Assembly: GCA_041678625.1 (NCBI GenBank)
Contig: JBAYNS010000001.1
Coordinates: forward strand, 1-41,616
Direction of reading: 5' to 3'
DNA length: 41,616 bases
Source: Candidatus Peribacteraceae bacterium
GTDB taxonomy: Bacteria; Patescibacteriota; Gracilibacteria; Peribacterales; Peribacteraceae
Shown here piece by piece: positions 41,541 through 41,616 of the stretch. The notes below the pieces were generated by a model. That model saw only the letters and a program-made list of their open reading frames with translations. It was not told where the DNA came from and did not search any database. Numbering within the stretch: position 1 is the first letter of the stretch; each line of letters begins with the position of its first letter. The position numbers and the translations under genes were made by a program.

Positions 41541-41616
41541 GCGTCTCAATTGAAAGGCGATCCTGCTACGGACGGGTTACGCCCTGCGAGGCACGAAGTG
41601 AGTGAAAAGAAACCGC

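Overview
This 41.6-kb chromosomal window comes from a bacterium of roughly 50% GC. The gene content looks like a small-genome, uncultivated CPR/Patescibacteria-type lineage. That is an inference from a PrgI plus VirB4-like pair, four T4SS-pilin-like paralogs, sparse Shine-Dalgarno signals and tRNAs that encode their own CCA.

Housekeeping genes are clear from motifs: rpsA, rplK, rplA, ruvB, metG, clpC, yidD, a dus gene, tatD, a cold-shock protein, a HIT protein and a purF-like gene. There is a MacA/MacB-type exporter (adaptor, ATPase, permease) next to a partial MsbA-like ABC exporter that runs off the left edge and is missing from the ORF track. Envelope genes include GT-C, GT4 and GT2 glycosyltransferases and a TSP3/SLH protein. 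A divergent GGDEF protein is also present.

The unusual part is the tRNA loci. All five intact tRNA genes, Gly-UCC, Lys-UUU, Arg-CCG, Gly-CCC and Gly-GCC, have a partial tRNA copy or an anchored tRNA-end match within about 1.3 kb.
- Two of them (Lys-UUU, Gly-CCC) are followed in the same orientation by a tiny cassette. Its only ORF is a stand-alone GIY-YIG nuclease, and it ends in a tRNA 3'-end-like repeat. One copy is intact and one appears frameshifted.
- Three tRNA 5' fragments are interrupted in the D-arm region by members of a roughly 40-nt GC-rich palindromic element family (CTTCG, hairpin, ...GGCAGG).
- AT-richer single-gene cassettes sit at these loci, including a divergent UppS-like gene flanked by 36-bp direct repeats.

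I propose a tRNA-gene-targeting GIY-YIG and palindromic-element mobile system as the main candidate novelty.

Other signals:
- a CIRCE-like operator plus a G-quadruplex motif in the clpC leader
- heptamer G-tract repeats inside coding regions
- two repeat-built palindromes between convergent genes
- a VirB4-like ORF that has only the N-terminal half
- extended -10 promoters and near-leaderless promoters

No CRISPR array, rRNA gene, integrase or transposase is visible.
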